Of a stretch of 64,000 nt of DNA, positions 48,026 to 60,044 are shown in pieces (position 1 is the first letter of the stretch; every line of letters begins with the position of its first letter). The notes beneath the pieces are model-generated. The model was not told the origin of the DNA. It searched no databases and saw nothing but the letters and a program-made list of their open reading frames with translations. The DNA lies in the NCBI GenBank assembly GCA_963816185.1, contig CAWFJJ010000001.1:192001-256000 (forward strand), in the 5' to 3' direction. The DNA comes from Thermoanaerobaculia bacterium (GTDB lineage Bacteria; Acidobacteriota; Thermoanaerobaculia; UBA5066). The translations under genes and the position numbers were made by a program.

Positions 48026-51000
48026 TCACGCCTTCTCGAGCTTGACGAGGAAGGTCTTGTACTCCGGCGTCCAGGTGTTCGGGTCCATGGCCGAGGGCGT
48101 CAGGAAGTTCGCGAGCGGGCCGGTATGACCGGCTTCGCCCTCGTAGCCCCAGTGGAGCGGGAAGCCGATCTGCCACATCGCCTGCCCGTTGACCTTCAGA
48201 GGGCGCAGGCGCTTCGTGACCATCGCCACCCCTTCGACGGAGCCGCGCGCCGACGTGACGCGGGCGCGCCCTCCGTTGACGATGCCCTTCTCCTTCGCGA
48301 GATCCTCCGGGATCTCGATGAAGAAGCCCGGCTGCTCCTGGTTCAGGCGATCGATGTGCTTCGTCCAGTAGTGGTAGTGCTCCGTGAGGCGGTACGTCAT
48401 GCAGACGATCGGGAACTGGTCGCGTTTGCCGTAAATGTCCTTGTCGGACTTGAACTTCTTCGTGGCCGGATTGGAGGTCACCTTGGGGTGCAGGGGGTTG
48501 TCGCACGGGGCTTCCACCGCCTCGTAGTGCTCGGGGAACGGGCCGTCGTTCAGGGGTGCGAAAAGCTTGCCGACGCCTTCGGGCAGCATGATGAAGGCAC
48601 CGAACGTTCCCGGAGGCGCGTCGGGCTTCATATCGGGTACATCGCCGACCCACTTCGCGCCGTTCCACTTGATGCCGGCCCGCGTCGGATCCCAGGGCTT
48701 GCCCTCTGCGTCGGCGGAGGCGCGGTTGTACATGACGCGCCGGTTCGCCGGCCAGGAGAAGCACCAGTTGTGGTACATGCCGAGGCCGCTCGCATCGTCC
48801 ACGGGGTTGCGCCTCTGCGTCAGATTGCCCGCCTCGGTGTAGCAGCCCGACATGAGCCAGTTGCCGCACATCGTCGAGCCGTCGTCCTGGAGCTGCGTGA
48901 ATCCATCGAGCTGCTGGCCGGCCGCCTTGATGAGCTTGGTCTTGTCCTTCGGGTCGTGGATGTCTTCGAGGGCTTTGCCGTTCAGCTCCTTCAGGACCTC
49001 GGACAGGTCGGGCGCAGCCGGATTTGTGTAGGCCCAATCGACGTTCAGGACCGCCTCCGCCGCGGGGCCGCCTTCCTTCCGGTAGAGGTCCCGGACGGCG
49101 AGGAAGATCCTCGCGAGGATCTCCTGGTCCGTCTTGATCTGCCCCGGAGGATCCAGGGCCTTCCATTTCCACTGGATCCAGCGCGCGGAGTTCGTGAAGC
49201 TGCCGTCCTTCTCCGCGAAGTTGGACGCGGGCAGCTGGAAGACCTCGGTCTGGATCTTCGAGGGCTCCGCCCCGCCGTACTCCTTGGGGGCCTTCCAGAA
49301 GGTCGCCGTCTCCACCTGGTGGTTCTCGACGACCACGAGCCACTTCAATTTCGAGTGCGCGGCGATCATTTTCGGCGTGTTCGGCCCGATGCCGACGGGG
49401 TTCATGCCGAAGGTCATGAGCCCCTCCGGGCCGGGCTCCTGACCGCCGGCGCGGCTCGAGTTGCCGCGGTACATGTCGTCGAAGATGAACATCCAGGAGT
49501 AGTTGCCGTCGACCTTCGGAAGCCAGTTGTATCCGAACTCGTTCTCCTTCGTCGCGTTCTTGCCGTAGCAGGCCTTCAGGACCGAGACCATGAACTTCGA
49601 GTAGTTCTGCCAGTAGTTCATGGACGGGCCGAGCGCTTTCGGAGTGTTCGCCTCGACGTACTCCTTGAGCGATTGCCAGGGCGCCTGGGGCGTCTTGACG
49701 TACCCCGGCAGGATGTCGAAGACGCCCGCCGTGTCGGTCGCACCCTGGATGTTCGAGTGGCCGCGCAGCGCGTTCACGCCGCCGCCCGGCCGGCCCACGT
49801 TACCCAGCAGGAGCTGCAGCATCGCGGCCGTGCGAATGATCTGGACGCCGATCGAGTGCTGCGTCCAGCCGAGCGCGTACATGATCGTGCCGCAGCGCTC
49901 GGCGTTGCCCGTCGACGTCACGACCTCGGCGACCTTGAGGAACGTCTCTTTGGGCGTGCCGCAGACCTTCTCGACCATCTCCGGCGTGTAGCGGTCGACG
50001 TGCTTCTTCAGGAGCTGGAAGACGCAGTTCGGGTCTTCGAGGGTCGGGTCCTTCTTCGCCTCTCCCTTCGCGTCGAGCTGATACGCCCACGTGTCGCGCT
50101 TGTAGCTGCCCGACGCCTCGTCGAAGCCGGAGAAGAGGCCGTCGTCGAACTTGAAGTCGGCATTGATCAGGAGGGGCGCGTTCGTGTGGATCCTGACGTA
50201 GTCCTCGTGGAACCTCTTCTTGTCGATCGCGTACCGGATGATGCCGAGCAGGTACGCGATGTCCGTGCCGGCCCGGATCGGGGAGTAGACGTCGGCCACG
50301 GCCGCGGTCCGCGTGAAGCGCGGATCCACCGCGACGATTTTGGCGTTACGCGTCTTCTTGGCCTCGATGGCCCACTTGAAGCCGCAGGGGTGGTTCTCGG
50401 CGGGGTTCCCGCCCATGCAGAGGACGACGTCTGCGTTCTTGATGTCGACCCATCCGTTCGTCATCGCTCCGCGCCCGAACGTGGCGGCCAGACTGGCCAC
50501 CGTGGGGCCGTGTCATACCCGGGCCTGAGTGTCCCGGTACGGCACCCCCCAAGCCGATGCGGACTTCCAGTAGAGGAAGTTGAACTCCGTCGTGTCGGTG
50601 CAGCCTCCGATCATCGCCATGCCGGGGTTGCGGTTGACGACCTGCCCCTTGGCGTTCTTCGCGACGAAGCTCTTGTCGCGGGTATCCTTGACGTGGCGAG
50701 CGATCTTCGCGATCGCCTCGTCCCAGGAGATGTCCTCCCAGTGATCGGATCCGGGCTTGCGGATCTGGGGCGTCTTGAGGCGGGTCGGGCTGTTGATGTC
50801 GTCCTTGACGGTCGCGCCCTTCGGACACAGCGTGCCGCGGTTGATCGGATGGTCGGGATCGCCCTCCACGTGGACGACCGACGCCGTGGCGTTCTTGGCC
50901 TTGTCCCCCAGCGTGTGGATGATAAGACCGCACGAGACCGCGCAGTAAGGACACGTACTGCGCGTTTCCGTCGTGCGCGAGATCTTGAACTCTCGCATCT

Positions 51001-51088
51001 CGGCGCGGGCCTCGTGGAGATCGAAACCCAGAGCGACGGCTCCACCGGCGGTTCCCGCCTTCAGAAAGGTGCGTCGGGTCAGGCTCAT
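48026..51088 (-). CDS. fdnG: Selenocysteine-containing formate dehydrogenase alpha subunit (Tat-exported, ~1020 aa)
   Basis: ORFs 50513-51088 and 48026-50500 are in one frame, separated by TGA at 50513-50515 in QARV-U-HGPTV; Tat signal TRRTFLK; CPYCAVSC..CPKG; ALRGHSNIQG. Confidence 0.95.
50478..50512 (-). promoter_or_regulatory. Bacterial SECIS element
   Basis: After the UGA the mRNA reads CACGGCCCCAC-GGUGGCCAG-U-CUGGCCGCC: a stem-loop starting about 11 nt downstream, as in fdnG/fdoG SECIS elements. Confidence 0.85.
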
Positions 51089-51191
51089 AACACCCCTCCT
51101 CGACTGACTGGCTGGATGGGCCTAGCAGATCAATGAACGGGGCTCAATGTCAAGACCGGTTCTCAGAAGGCCTGTTAACGCGTGACCCACG

Positions 51192-52036
<845 letters not shown>

Positions 52037-52040
<4 letters not shown>

Positions 52041-53104
52041 GCCGGAACCTGCTGCGTGATGCAGTGGAAAGCCCCGCCGCCCTCGAGGAGGTTCCTGGCC
52101 GAAACGGAGAGGATGCGGCGCGTCGGGAACAGGCTCGCGACGCCGGTGCGGGCCGCCTCGTCGTTCGGGACGCCGTACGCCGGCACGATCACGGTCGTGT
52201 TCGCGACGTAGAAGTTCACGTAGCTTGCGGGCATCGGATGACCCGCGGCGTCCGCCACGATCCCGGGAGACGGCACGCCGACGACCTCGAGGCGCCGGCC
52301 GCGCACGTCACGAAAAGTACGGAGCTTCGCCTCGGCGGCGCGAAGCGCCTTTGCGTTCGGATCGAGGCGGCCTGCCGGGCGCATGCAGACGACGACTCCC
52401 GGCGCTACGAAGCGCGCGAGCGTGTCCACGTGGCCGTCCGTGTGGTCGTTGCACAGTCCGTCGCCCAGCCAAAGGACGGTCTCGACGCCGAGCGCGTCCC
52501 TGAGACCCGCCTCGAGCATCTCCTCCGTCATCGCCGGATTGCGGTTCGGGTGCAGGAGGCATTGGCGCGTCGTCAGGCACGTGCCCTCGCCGTCCACCTC
52601 CACGGAACCGCCCTCGAGCACCAAGGGAAAGCGAAAGGCGGGAAGCTCCGCCGCTGCCGCGATGCGCGACGACACGCCCTCGTCGTGCGGCAGGACGTAC
52701 TTGCCGCCCCAGCCGTTGAATGCGAACGACACGCTGGCCCGTGCGCCGCCCTTGCCCGTGAGGAAGACCGGCGCCGTGTCGCGCAGCCAGATGTCGCCGA
52801 ACGGAATGCGGTGGAAGCGCGCCCCGAGACCCGCGAGGGCGGATTTCGCGGACGCTTCGTTCGCGGCGTCCGGCACGAGAACCTCGAGCCTCTCGCCGCG
52901 GGGCCTGCCCCTGTCGAGATCGACGTCCGCGATGGCCGACGCGAAATCCGTGAAGGCCGAACGCACCGGCTCGAGCGCATCGCCCCAGAGGTCGCGGTGA
53001 CTCGGCCAGGCGAGCCAGACGGCCTCGTGCCTATCCCATTCCGCGGGCTGGCGGAACCCCGCGGCACGCGGAGTCGGCACGGCGAAAGCCGTCTTCGTCG
53101 ACAT
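52037..53104 (-). CDS. aguA: Agmatine deiminase
   Basis: PAEW, DIWLRD, FNGWGGKY, LEGGS, DHTDGHVD, ASYVNFY and GGAFHCITQQ; start ATG 53104. Confidence 0.95.
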
Positions 53105-53123
53105 CCGGGGATAATCCGCCACC

Positions 53124-54812
53124 ATGGTCAAAGCTTCAAGGTTCGCCCTCTCCCTCTCTCTCGCGATCGCCGCCTTCGCCGTATTCGCTCAGGACGCGCC
53201 GGTCACGCCCTCCCAGAAAGTCGCGGCGAACGCGATCACGGCCGACCTGATCCGCTCGCACATCCGGTTCCTCTCGTCGGACCTCCTCGAGGGGCGCGGC
53301 CCCGCGACGCGCGGCGACCAGCTCGCCGAGGCATACATCCAGGCTCAATTGGAAGGCCTCGGCCTCAAGCCCGGCGCGTCGGGCGGCGGGTGGATTCAGA
53401 AGGTCCCTCTCGTCGGCATCCGGCGCACCTCGTCGGATCCCGCGATCTTCATGTCCGGCCGCGGCGCGCTGAGGGGCAAGCTCGGCGAGAACTTCGTCGC
53501 GGTCTCCGGCGTCCAGAAGCCGGAGTCGAAGATCGACGGCGCGGAGGTCGTGTTCGTCGGCTATGGCATCGTCGCGCCCGAGTACCGATGGGACGACTAC
53601 AAGGACGCGGACCTCAAAGGCAAGGTCCTCCTCGTCATGAACAACGACCCGGAGGGGAGCGCAAAAGAGCCGGACCTCTTCGCGGGCAAGACGCGGCTCT
53701 GGTACGGGCGATGGGACTACAAGTACCTCATGGCCGCACGCAAGGGCGCCGTGGGCGCGATCATCATCCACACGCGGCCGTCGGCGGGCTACGGTTGGCA
53801 GGTCATTCAGACGTCGTTCGCGGGAGAGCAGTTCGAGCTGCCCGACGACGGCACGCCGCGCGTCGCCGCGAAGATGTGGGCGACCGAGGAGCTCGCGAAG
53901 AAAATCGTGGAGCTGGGGGGCAAGGACCTCGACTCCCTCCGGGCCTCGGCGGAAGACCGCTCGTTCAAGCCGGTCGACCTCGGCGTCACGGTATCCCTTG
54001 CGCTGACGAATGCGATCGGACAGAAGGAGTCGGGCAACGTCATCGGCGTCCTCCCGGGGTCCGATCCGAAGCGTGCCGGCGAGGCCGTGATCTACACCGC
54101 CCATCACGACCATCTCGGGATCCGAGAGGGTGCCCGGCCGGGCTCCGACGCGATCTACAACGGCGCCCTCGACAACGCGTCGGGCGTGGCCGCGATCCTC
54201 TCCGTCGCGAAGGCGTTCGCGAGCCTCGAGGCGGCGCCCGCGCGCTCCACGTACTTCGCTTTCGTGGCGGGCGAGGAGCAGGGGCTCCTCGGGTCGGAGT
54301 ACCTGGCGAAACATCCTCCGGTCCCGGCCGGCCGGATCGCGGCCGACATCAACATAGACGGCATCGGATGGTACGGGCGGACGCGCGACATCGTGCTGAT
54401 CGGCCTCGGCAAGTCGTCGCTCGACGGCGACGTGAAGGCGGTCGCGGACATGGAGGGCCGGCGCGTGGAGGGCGACCAGTTCCCCGATCGGGGCACGTTC
54501 TACCGATCCGACCAGTTCAGCTTCGCGAGGGTGGGGGTTCCCGCGGCGTACCTGAAGAAGGGAACGGACGTGATCGGAAAGGCGCCCGGCTTCGGGCGCG
54601 AGCAGGAAGAGAGCTACGAGAGGGCCGACTACCACCAGCCGTCGGACGAGTTCCGGGAAACGTGGGACTTTTCCGGCGCGGTGGAAGACGTGAAGCTCGC
54701 CTTCTGGCTCGGATGCCGCGTCGCCGACGCGCAGGAGCTGCCGCGCTGGAACAAGGGAGACGAGTTCGAGGCCGCGCGGCTGAAGGCGGTGGGGGAGGCC
54801 GCAGGGCGCTAG
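53124..54812 (+). CDS. M28 family aminopeptidase with PA domain
   Basis: Signal peptide; LEGRGP, YTAHHDHLG, GALDNASG, GEEQGLLGS, RSDQ and YHQPSD motifs. Confidence 0.93.
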   Translation: MVKASRFALSLSLAIAAFAVFAQDAPVTPSQKVAANAITADLIRSHIRFLSSDLLEGRGPATRGDQLAEAYIQAQLEGLGLKPGASGGGWIQKVPLVGIRRTSSDPAIFMSGRGALRGKLGENFVAVSGVQKPESKIDGAEVVFVGYGIVAPEYRWDDYKDADLKGKVLLVMNNDPEGSAKEPDLFAGKTRLWYGRWDYKYLMAARKGAVGAIIIHTRPSAGYGWQVIQTSFAGEQFELPDDGTPRVAAKMWATEELAKKIVELGGKDLDSLRASAEDRSFKPVDLGVTVSLALTNAIGQKESGNVIGVLPGSDPKRAGEAVIYTAHHDHLGIREGARPGSDAIYNGALDNASGVAAILSVAKAFASLEAAPARSTYFAFVAGEEQGLLGSEYLAKHPPVPAGRIAADINIDGIGWYGRTRDIVLIGLGKSSLDGDVKAVADMEGRRVEGDQFPDRGTFYRSDQFSFARVGVPAAYLKKGTDVIGKAPGFGREQEESYERADYHQPSDEFRETWDFSGAVEDVKLAFWLGCRVADAQELPRWNKGDEFEAARLKAVGEAAGR

Positions 54813-54887
54813 AGGCGCACGCCGTGGGAATGCCTCTACAATCCGCGCCGCCCGGCAGAAGAATCGCCGAGGAAAGGAAGGAGAATC

Positions 54888-55370
54888 ATGAACACGCGCG
54901 AGTACTTCAACGAGTGTTTCAAGGCCGAAGTCCCGAAGTTCATCCGGGTCTTGAAGGCCGTGCCGCAGGACCAGGCCGCCTACCGGCCCCACCCGCGCTC
55001 GACGTCAGCCGGCGATCTCGTCTGGCTGCTCGCGAGCGAGCTCCGCGACGCGTGCGAGGTCGTCGACAAGGGCCAGGTCGCCTACGTGCAGAAGCCGGCT
55101 CCGACGCTGGCCGAAGCCGTCACGGCCTACGAGAAGAACGCGGCGGCGCTGAAGAGGCGCCTCGCGAAGGTGAAGGACGCGGCGTGGAAGAAGAAGGCCA
55201 AGTTTCTCATGGACGGCAAGGTCGTGTGGGAAACCTCGCTCGGCGACATGCTTTGGGGCTTTCTCTTCGACGCGATCCATCACCGTGGCCAGCTCTCGAC
55301 GTACCTCCGGCCCATGGGTGCGAAGGTGCCCTCGATCTACGGGCCCTCCGCGGACGATCCGGGAATGTGA
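54888..55370 (+). CDS. DinB family protein
   Basis: YRPHP and IHHRGQLSTYLR.MGAKVPSIYGPSAD motifs; strong AAGGAG RBS. Confidence 0.9.
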   Translation: MNTREYFNECFKAEVPKFIRVLKAVPQDQAAYRPHPRSTSAGDLVWLLASELRDACEVVDKGQVAYVQKPAPTLAEAVTAYEKNAAALKRRLAKVKDAAWKKKAKFLMDGKVVWETSLGDMLWGFLFDAIHHRGQLSTYLRPMGAKVPSIYGPSADDPGM

Positions 55371-55396
55371 CGGGAGGGCCGCGCCGCGCTCCGCAA

Positions 55397-57370
55397 TCAG
55401 TCCTTAGGGACCGTCGCCGCCATCGGATCGAGTGAGCGGGCGGCGGCGCGAAGCTGCTCGTCCGTGAGCTTGTCGAGCTGCGGGAGGAGCGGCGCACCGG
55501 CGTCGAGCCCGGCGATCGTCGCCCGATGGGCGTCCATCCAGGCCACCAGCCCCTTCATGACCTTCAGGTTCGCCTGGCCGTGGGGGGTCGGGTTGCCGAT
55601 GCCGTCCGTGAATATCCCGCCGAAGGCGAGGCGCGGGGCCGGCGCGAAAGCGATTTCGGAAAGCTTGGCCCGGTACTCCCGCGTGGCGCGGTCCTTCACG
55701 TCCTCGAAGAACTGGGAGTCGATGGCGTGCCGGCCTTCATGCGCGAAGATCGACGACTCGATCACCGCCCGGTCGGTCGCCGCCACGAAGGCGGCGCGCA
55801 AGGCTCCGTCCGAAAGGCCCCGGGCCTTCTCCTCGTCGAGAATCCTCGTGAGGCCCTGGTCCAGGAGCCGCTGGGAGAGACCCGGGAGATACGCGTACGG
55901 GTCCTTCGTGGCGCGCTCGGTGTCACGCTCCGTCTCTTCCGCCATCTTCGCGAGAGCCTTCGCACGCCGCTCGGGATCGGTCATCTCCTGCCACCTCCAC
56001 GGGCCGCCCTCGGCGTAGGCCGGCCGGACCTGAACCACGAGCCCGACGCCTCCCCAGCCGCCATGCGCGCCCTGGCCGTCCCACATCCAGGTTTCGTAGC
56101 CGTTCGAGACGATCGCGTCGAGCGCCATGAAACGGATTTCCGCCCGACGGCCGTACTGGTCCGCGATGCGCTTCTCGTCCACGACGCGATGCCCCATGTG
56201 GAGGTCCCGGAATCCGGCCGTCGATCCGGCCCCCCCGGCCGTTCCGAAGCGGGTCCCGAGCTCGGTGTCGGCGGAGCGCTCGAGGACCTTCTCGTCGAAG
56301 GGCGGCCGACCCGCCGGCCACGAAAGGCCTTTCCAGAGACGCGTCGCCCGTCTTCTCAGCTTCTTCATCCACGCATCGGGATCTGACGTTCCGCGCGCCA
56401 CGTCGCGGTAGTAGAGGTCAGTCGTCCTGCGGACATCGCGAATGAAGGACTCGTAAAGGACGAGATCCCTGATCCGGGGGAGCCGGTCGACGCGGGCTTC
56501 CCGCGGAGTGCGCGGGTCCTTCGCGAGGATCACGGCCTCCGTGAAGAACCGCGAGTCCGCGAGCGCCTCGACGACGGCCTCGCGGTCCTGTCTGCCGGCC
56601 GCGGGACCCTTCCAGACAGGCAGCCGCTCCGACAGGGCGGACCGGGGGCCGGCGAGAAGCGTCGAATCGGCCGCCCCTGCGGCCAGGTAATAAGAGCTCC
56701 ATGCGGCGAGAGCGGCCGGACCGTCGTCCAGGAGGAGGGCCGCGTCGAGCGCCGTCTTCGAAGGCTCCAGCAGGCCCGGCTCGTCGCGGACGAGGGGCGC
56801 CAGGAAGCCGAGAGCCTCGATCAGCCTCCGCCGGCCTTCATCCCCGAAGGCCTTGCGCTTGCCGAGGCGGGCGGCCTCGACTTCCTCCTCGACGAGGGCG
56901 GAGGACAGCGCAATCGTGGCGCTCCGCCGTTCGGCATCCGTCCCGGCGGCGGCGAGCGCCCGCCGCGCGGCAGCCCGGGCCGCGTCGAAACGTCCGACCG
57001 TCCGCTCCATGCGCGAGAGAAGAAGGAGGGGCGGGATTTTCCTTCGGGCGTCCCGGGCGATCCTCTCCAGACGCCCGCGGGCCGCATCGGCCTTCCCGTC
57101 GATCCGCCACGTGATGCGGGCCAGCTCCTGAGCCGCCGCGTCGCGGTCCTCGGGGCGCGCCAAGGACGATGCGACGATCGCCTCGAGGAGCGGGCGGGCG
57201 TCCTTGAAGCGGCCGTCGTGCGACGCCCTCTCGGCCTCGCGCAGCGCGGGCGACGGGACCTCGAGGTCGTCGTCGGCCCGGCAGCGTCCGGCGAAACACG
57301 TGGGGAGCGCGACGAGCGCGACGAGCGGAAGGGAAAATCGCGGAGAAACGCGAAGCGGGGCCGTTCTCAT
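55397..57370 (-). CDS. Secreted helical-repeat protein with C-terminal HExxH motif
   Basis: Signal-like N-terminus, A/R-rich TPR-like helices, IFAHEGRHAID...EYRAKLSE. Confidence 0.7.
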   Translation of the reverse strand: MRTAPLRVSPRFSLPLVALVALPTCFAGRCRADDDLEVPSPALREAERASHDGRFKDARPLLEAIVASSLARPEDRDAAAQELARITWRIDGKADAARGRLERIARDARRKIPPLLLLSRMERTVGRFDAARAAARRALAAAGTDAERRSATIALSSALVEEEVEAARLGKRKAFGDEGRRRLIEALGFLAPLVRDEPGLLEPSKTALDAALLLDDGPAALAAWSSYYLAAGAADSTLLAGPRSALSERLPVWKGPAAGRQDREAVVEALADSRFFTEAVILAKDPRTPREARVDRLPRIRDLVLYESFIRDVRRTTDLYYRDVARGTSDPDAWMKKLRRRATRLWKGLSWPAGRPPFDEKVLERSADTELGTRFGTAGGAGSTAGFRDLHMGHRVVDEKRIADQYGRRAEIRFMALDAIVSNGYETWMWDGQGAHGGWGGVGLVVQVRPAYAEGGPWRWQEMTDPERRAKALAKMAEETERDTERATKDPYAYLPGLSQRLLDQGLTRILDEEKARGLSDGALRAAFVAATDRAVIESSIFAHEGRHAIDSQFFEDVKDRATREYRAKLSEIAFAPAPRLAFGGIFTDGIGNPTPHGQANLKVMKGLVAWMDAHRATIAGLDAGAPLLPQLDKLTDEQLRAAARSLDPMAATVPKD

Positions 57371-57493
57371 CGTCTGAAGCAAGCTCTCTGGTCAGACTAC
57401 GCGCGGCGGAAGAAAAGGTGTCGCCCGCCCGTCGCCGATTGCGTGATCCGCGACACGTCCGAGACGCCGTCTCATTCTGCTAGTCTGCCCGCC

Positions 57494-58027
57494 ATGAAGA
57501 TCGCCATCCGCTCCCTCGCGCTCGCCGCTCTTCTCGCCGCCGTGTCGCGCCCGGCCGCCGCCGATCAGCCCGCCGTCGGCACGAAGGCCCCCGCCGTCTC
57601 GCTCCCGAACCAGGAGGGCCAGACGGTCACCCTCGACCAGAACAAGGGGAAGTGGGTCGTCCTCTACTTCTACCCGAAAGACTTCACGTCGGGATGCACG
57701 ATGGAAGCCCACAACTTCCAGCGGGACCTCGCCAAGTACGAGAAGGCGAACGCCGTGATTCTCGGGGTGAGCGTCGACACGGTCGACTCTCACAAGGGGT
57801 TCTGCGCGAAGGAGGGGCTCAACTTCAAGCTCCTTTCCGACACCACCGCAGCCGCCTCGAAGACGTACGACTCGCTCGCGACTTACAACGGCAAGACGTA
57901 CTCCGCGCGGAACACGTTCCTGATCGATCCGTCGGGAACGATCCGGAAGGTCTACGTGAAAGTGAACCCGACGACGCACAGCGAGGACGTGCTCAAGGAT
58001 CTCGTGACGCTCCAGGCGGCGAAGTAG
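57494..58027 (+). CDS. bcp: BCP/PrxQ peroxiredoxin with signal peptide
   Basis: VVLYFYPKDFTSGCTMEA and RNTFLID motifs; N-terminal MKIAIRSLALAALLAAVSRPAAA. Confidence 0.9.
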   Translation: MKIAIRSLALAALLAAVSRPAAADQPAVGTKAPAVSLPNQEGQTVTLDQNKGKWVVLYFYPKDFTSGCTMEAHNFQRDLAKYEKANAVILGVSVDTVDSHKGFCAKEGLNFKLLSDTTAAASKTYDSLATYNGKTYSARNTFLIDPSGTIRKVYVKVNPTTHSEDVLKDLVTLQAAK

Positions 58028-58076
58028 CCGGGTCCCCCACTTCGTAAGGAACAGTCGCGGCGGCGCACTCCAGAGT

Positions 58077-59981
58077 GTGCGGCTGTTGGCGTGGCCTCTC
58101 CTCGCGGCGGCGCTCCTCGTTGCGGAGCGAGCGGAGGCGGCGACGAGGAGCGACGTGCTCGACGCCGCGATCAAGGCCGCCAACCGCCTCCCGACGGTCC
58201 GCGCCGTGGGGCGGAACTGGGAAGACGTGCCGTATCTCGTGGGCCTCCTTCTCGTCGCCGAGCGGCTCGACGAGCGGTCGCCCGGCTCGGGACAGTCTTG
58301 GATTGCCGACGTGACCACCGTGATCGGCGGCGGTGACGCGCCCATCGCCCACGGCGACTACGCCGGCTACGCGCAGGCCGCCATGGACCTCTATCGGCTC
58401 GCCTCGCCCGGCGATGCGCCGACGAGGGCGCGCCTCCTGGACGCCACGAGCGGGCCGATCGAGTTCGCCGCCCGGGCGCTCCAGATCACGCCTTTGAGCG
58501 GCCCCCCGGCGTCGCCCTGGTGGGTGAGCGGCGGTTACGGCACGCGCTTCTGGGTGGACGACCTCTTCACTTTGCCGCCTTGGCTCGCCATGCGCGGCTC
58601 GAGACGCGACGGGCTCCCCGCCGATCCCGTGGCGCGTGACCTTGCCTACGAGTGGATCGAGAGCTATGTCTACGACCACCGCCCGCCGACGACGGACCCT
58701 GTGGCCGCGGCCGTGCCTTCGCAGCGCCGGCGCGCTGGACCGCTGCTGTGGGACCCCGGCCTCTCCCTTTTTCGACACGATCCGGGCGGCGGCGCCGGAA
58801 CCTACTGGGGACGCGGGAACGGATGGGCCGCATGGGGGCTCGCACGTTCGGCCCGGTACCTCGACGCCCCCTACGGTGGTGGCCGATACGACGAGGTCAT
58901 CGACAGAACGGGGATCCGCGAAGTCCTCGCGCGCCTAGCGAGCGCTCTCGCCGCGCGCCGTTCGGACGACGGCGGCTGGCCGACGGATCTCGGGCACCCG
59001 GAGGCTTGCCCCGCGAGCGAGACTTCGGCGACCGGCCTCGTCACCTACATGCTGGCGAAGGGCGTCAACGAAGGATGGCTGGATCGTGCCGCGTTCACCC
59101 CGGTCGTCTTGAAGGCGCTTTCCCTCCTTCTCGGCCGGCTCGATGCACAGGGCGATCTCGCCGGCATCCAGCCGCCCGGGACTGGTCCCGATTGTGGCGT
59201 GACCGTATCGAATGACCCTGCGGTGGACGTCTCTTATGGAGTCGGAGCGTTCCTTCTCGCCGTGTCCGAAGCCCTGAAGCTGCCGGACGCGGACCTCGCG
59301 ACGCTGGAAGACGTCGCGTCGCGGCCGGTCGATCGTGCGCCCGTCGGGCGGACGTGGATCGTCTCGTTACCAGGCGGCTGCGACCGACCCGAGATCTTGC
59401 TGACCAATGCAGGACCGAGTGTCGTCCACGCTCGCCTGGAGGCGGGCGCCGGGCCGCTCGCCGGATTCGAGACGGCGGATCTCCTTCCACGAAGCGCGGC
59501 CGTTCTCAGGATCGCGCGTGTCTCTGCTCTGGATACGCCCCTTGTCTTTACGCTTCGGGCGGACGGCGACCTCGCCGTTCATCCGCGAGCGGTGTGCGAG
59601 GAGGCCGTCGGCTTCGACGACCGGGCCTTCACCCTATTCCGCCGCCCGTCACGGCGCGCTGGAACCGCGGTTCCGCTCTGGACCGCGCTCGCCGGCGGAG
59701 AAGCGACGACCTTCGTTCAACGCGACGGCGGCTTCCTCTCGCTCGGAGGAGACGACATGTCGCCCGGTCCGGCGTCGATGCTCGTGGAGATCCACTCCGT
59801 CGACGGGGCCCTCGTGGAGCAGCTCACGCTGGAGTTGCCCTCGGGCGGCGCGGTTCTCGAGACCCTGTTCGTGCCCGAGGGCTCGCGTGTGACTCTCTCG
59901 AACGTTTCCGTAGGCACCAACATCGTGCCGCTATGGTTTGGAAGCGAACCACCTTCTCCGCTGTCGGGTCCCGCTTTTTGA
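58077..59981 (+). CDS. Secreted GH105/GH88-like unsaturated glycuronyl hydrolase with C-terminal beta domains
   Basis: WVDDLF, LFRH, WGRGNGW, ETSATGL and YGVGAFLLA motifs. Confidence 0.82.
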   Translation: MRLLAWPLLAAALLVAERAEAATRSDVLDAAIKAANRLPTVRAVGRNWEDVPYLVGLLLVAERLDERSPGSGQSWIADVTTVIGGGDAPIAHGDYAGYAQAAMDLYRLASPGDAPTRARLLDATSGPIEFAARALQITPLSGPPASPWWVSGGYGTRFWVDDLFTLPPWLAMRGSRRDGLPADPVARDLAYEWIESYVYDHRPPTTDPVAAAVPSQRRRAGPLLWDPGLSLFRHDPGGGAGTYWGRGNGWAAWGLARSARYLDAPYGGGRYDEVIDRTGIREVLARLASALAARRSDDGGWPTDLGHPEACPASETSATGLVTYMLAKGVNEGWLDRAAFTPVVLKALSLLLGRLDAQGDLAGIQPPGTGPDCGVTVSNDPAVDVSYGVGAFLLAVSEALKLPDADLATLEDVASRPVDRAPVGRTWIVSLPGGCDRPEILLTNAGPSVVHARLEAGAGPLAGFETADLLPRSAAVLRIARVSALDTPLVFTLRADGDLAVHPRAVCEEAVGFDDRAFTLFRRPSRRAGTAVPLWTALAGGEATTFVQRDGGFLSLGGDDMSPGPASMLVEIHSVDGALVEQLTLELPSGGAVLETLFVPEGSRVTLSNVSVGTNIVPLWFGSEPPSPLSGPAF

Positions 59982-60044
59982 AGAGCCGGTGTCGTGCGGG
60001 GCTCGGCGCGGTCTCCGCCATTCACTCGCTTTCGACGAAGCGCC

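Noticed and set aside
51100-51175. FNR-like site upstream of fdnG
   Set aside because: TCAATG direct repeats and a TTGACA are present, but no TTGAT-N4-ATCAA palindrome and no well-spaced -10 element.
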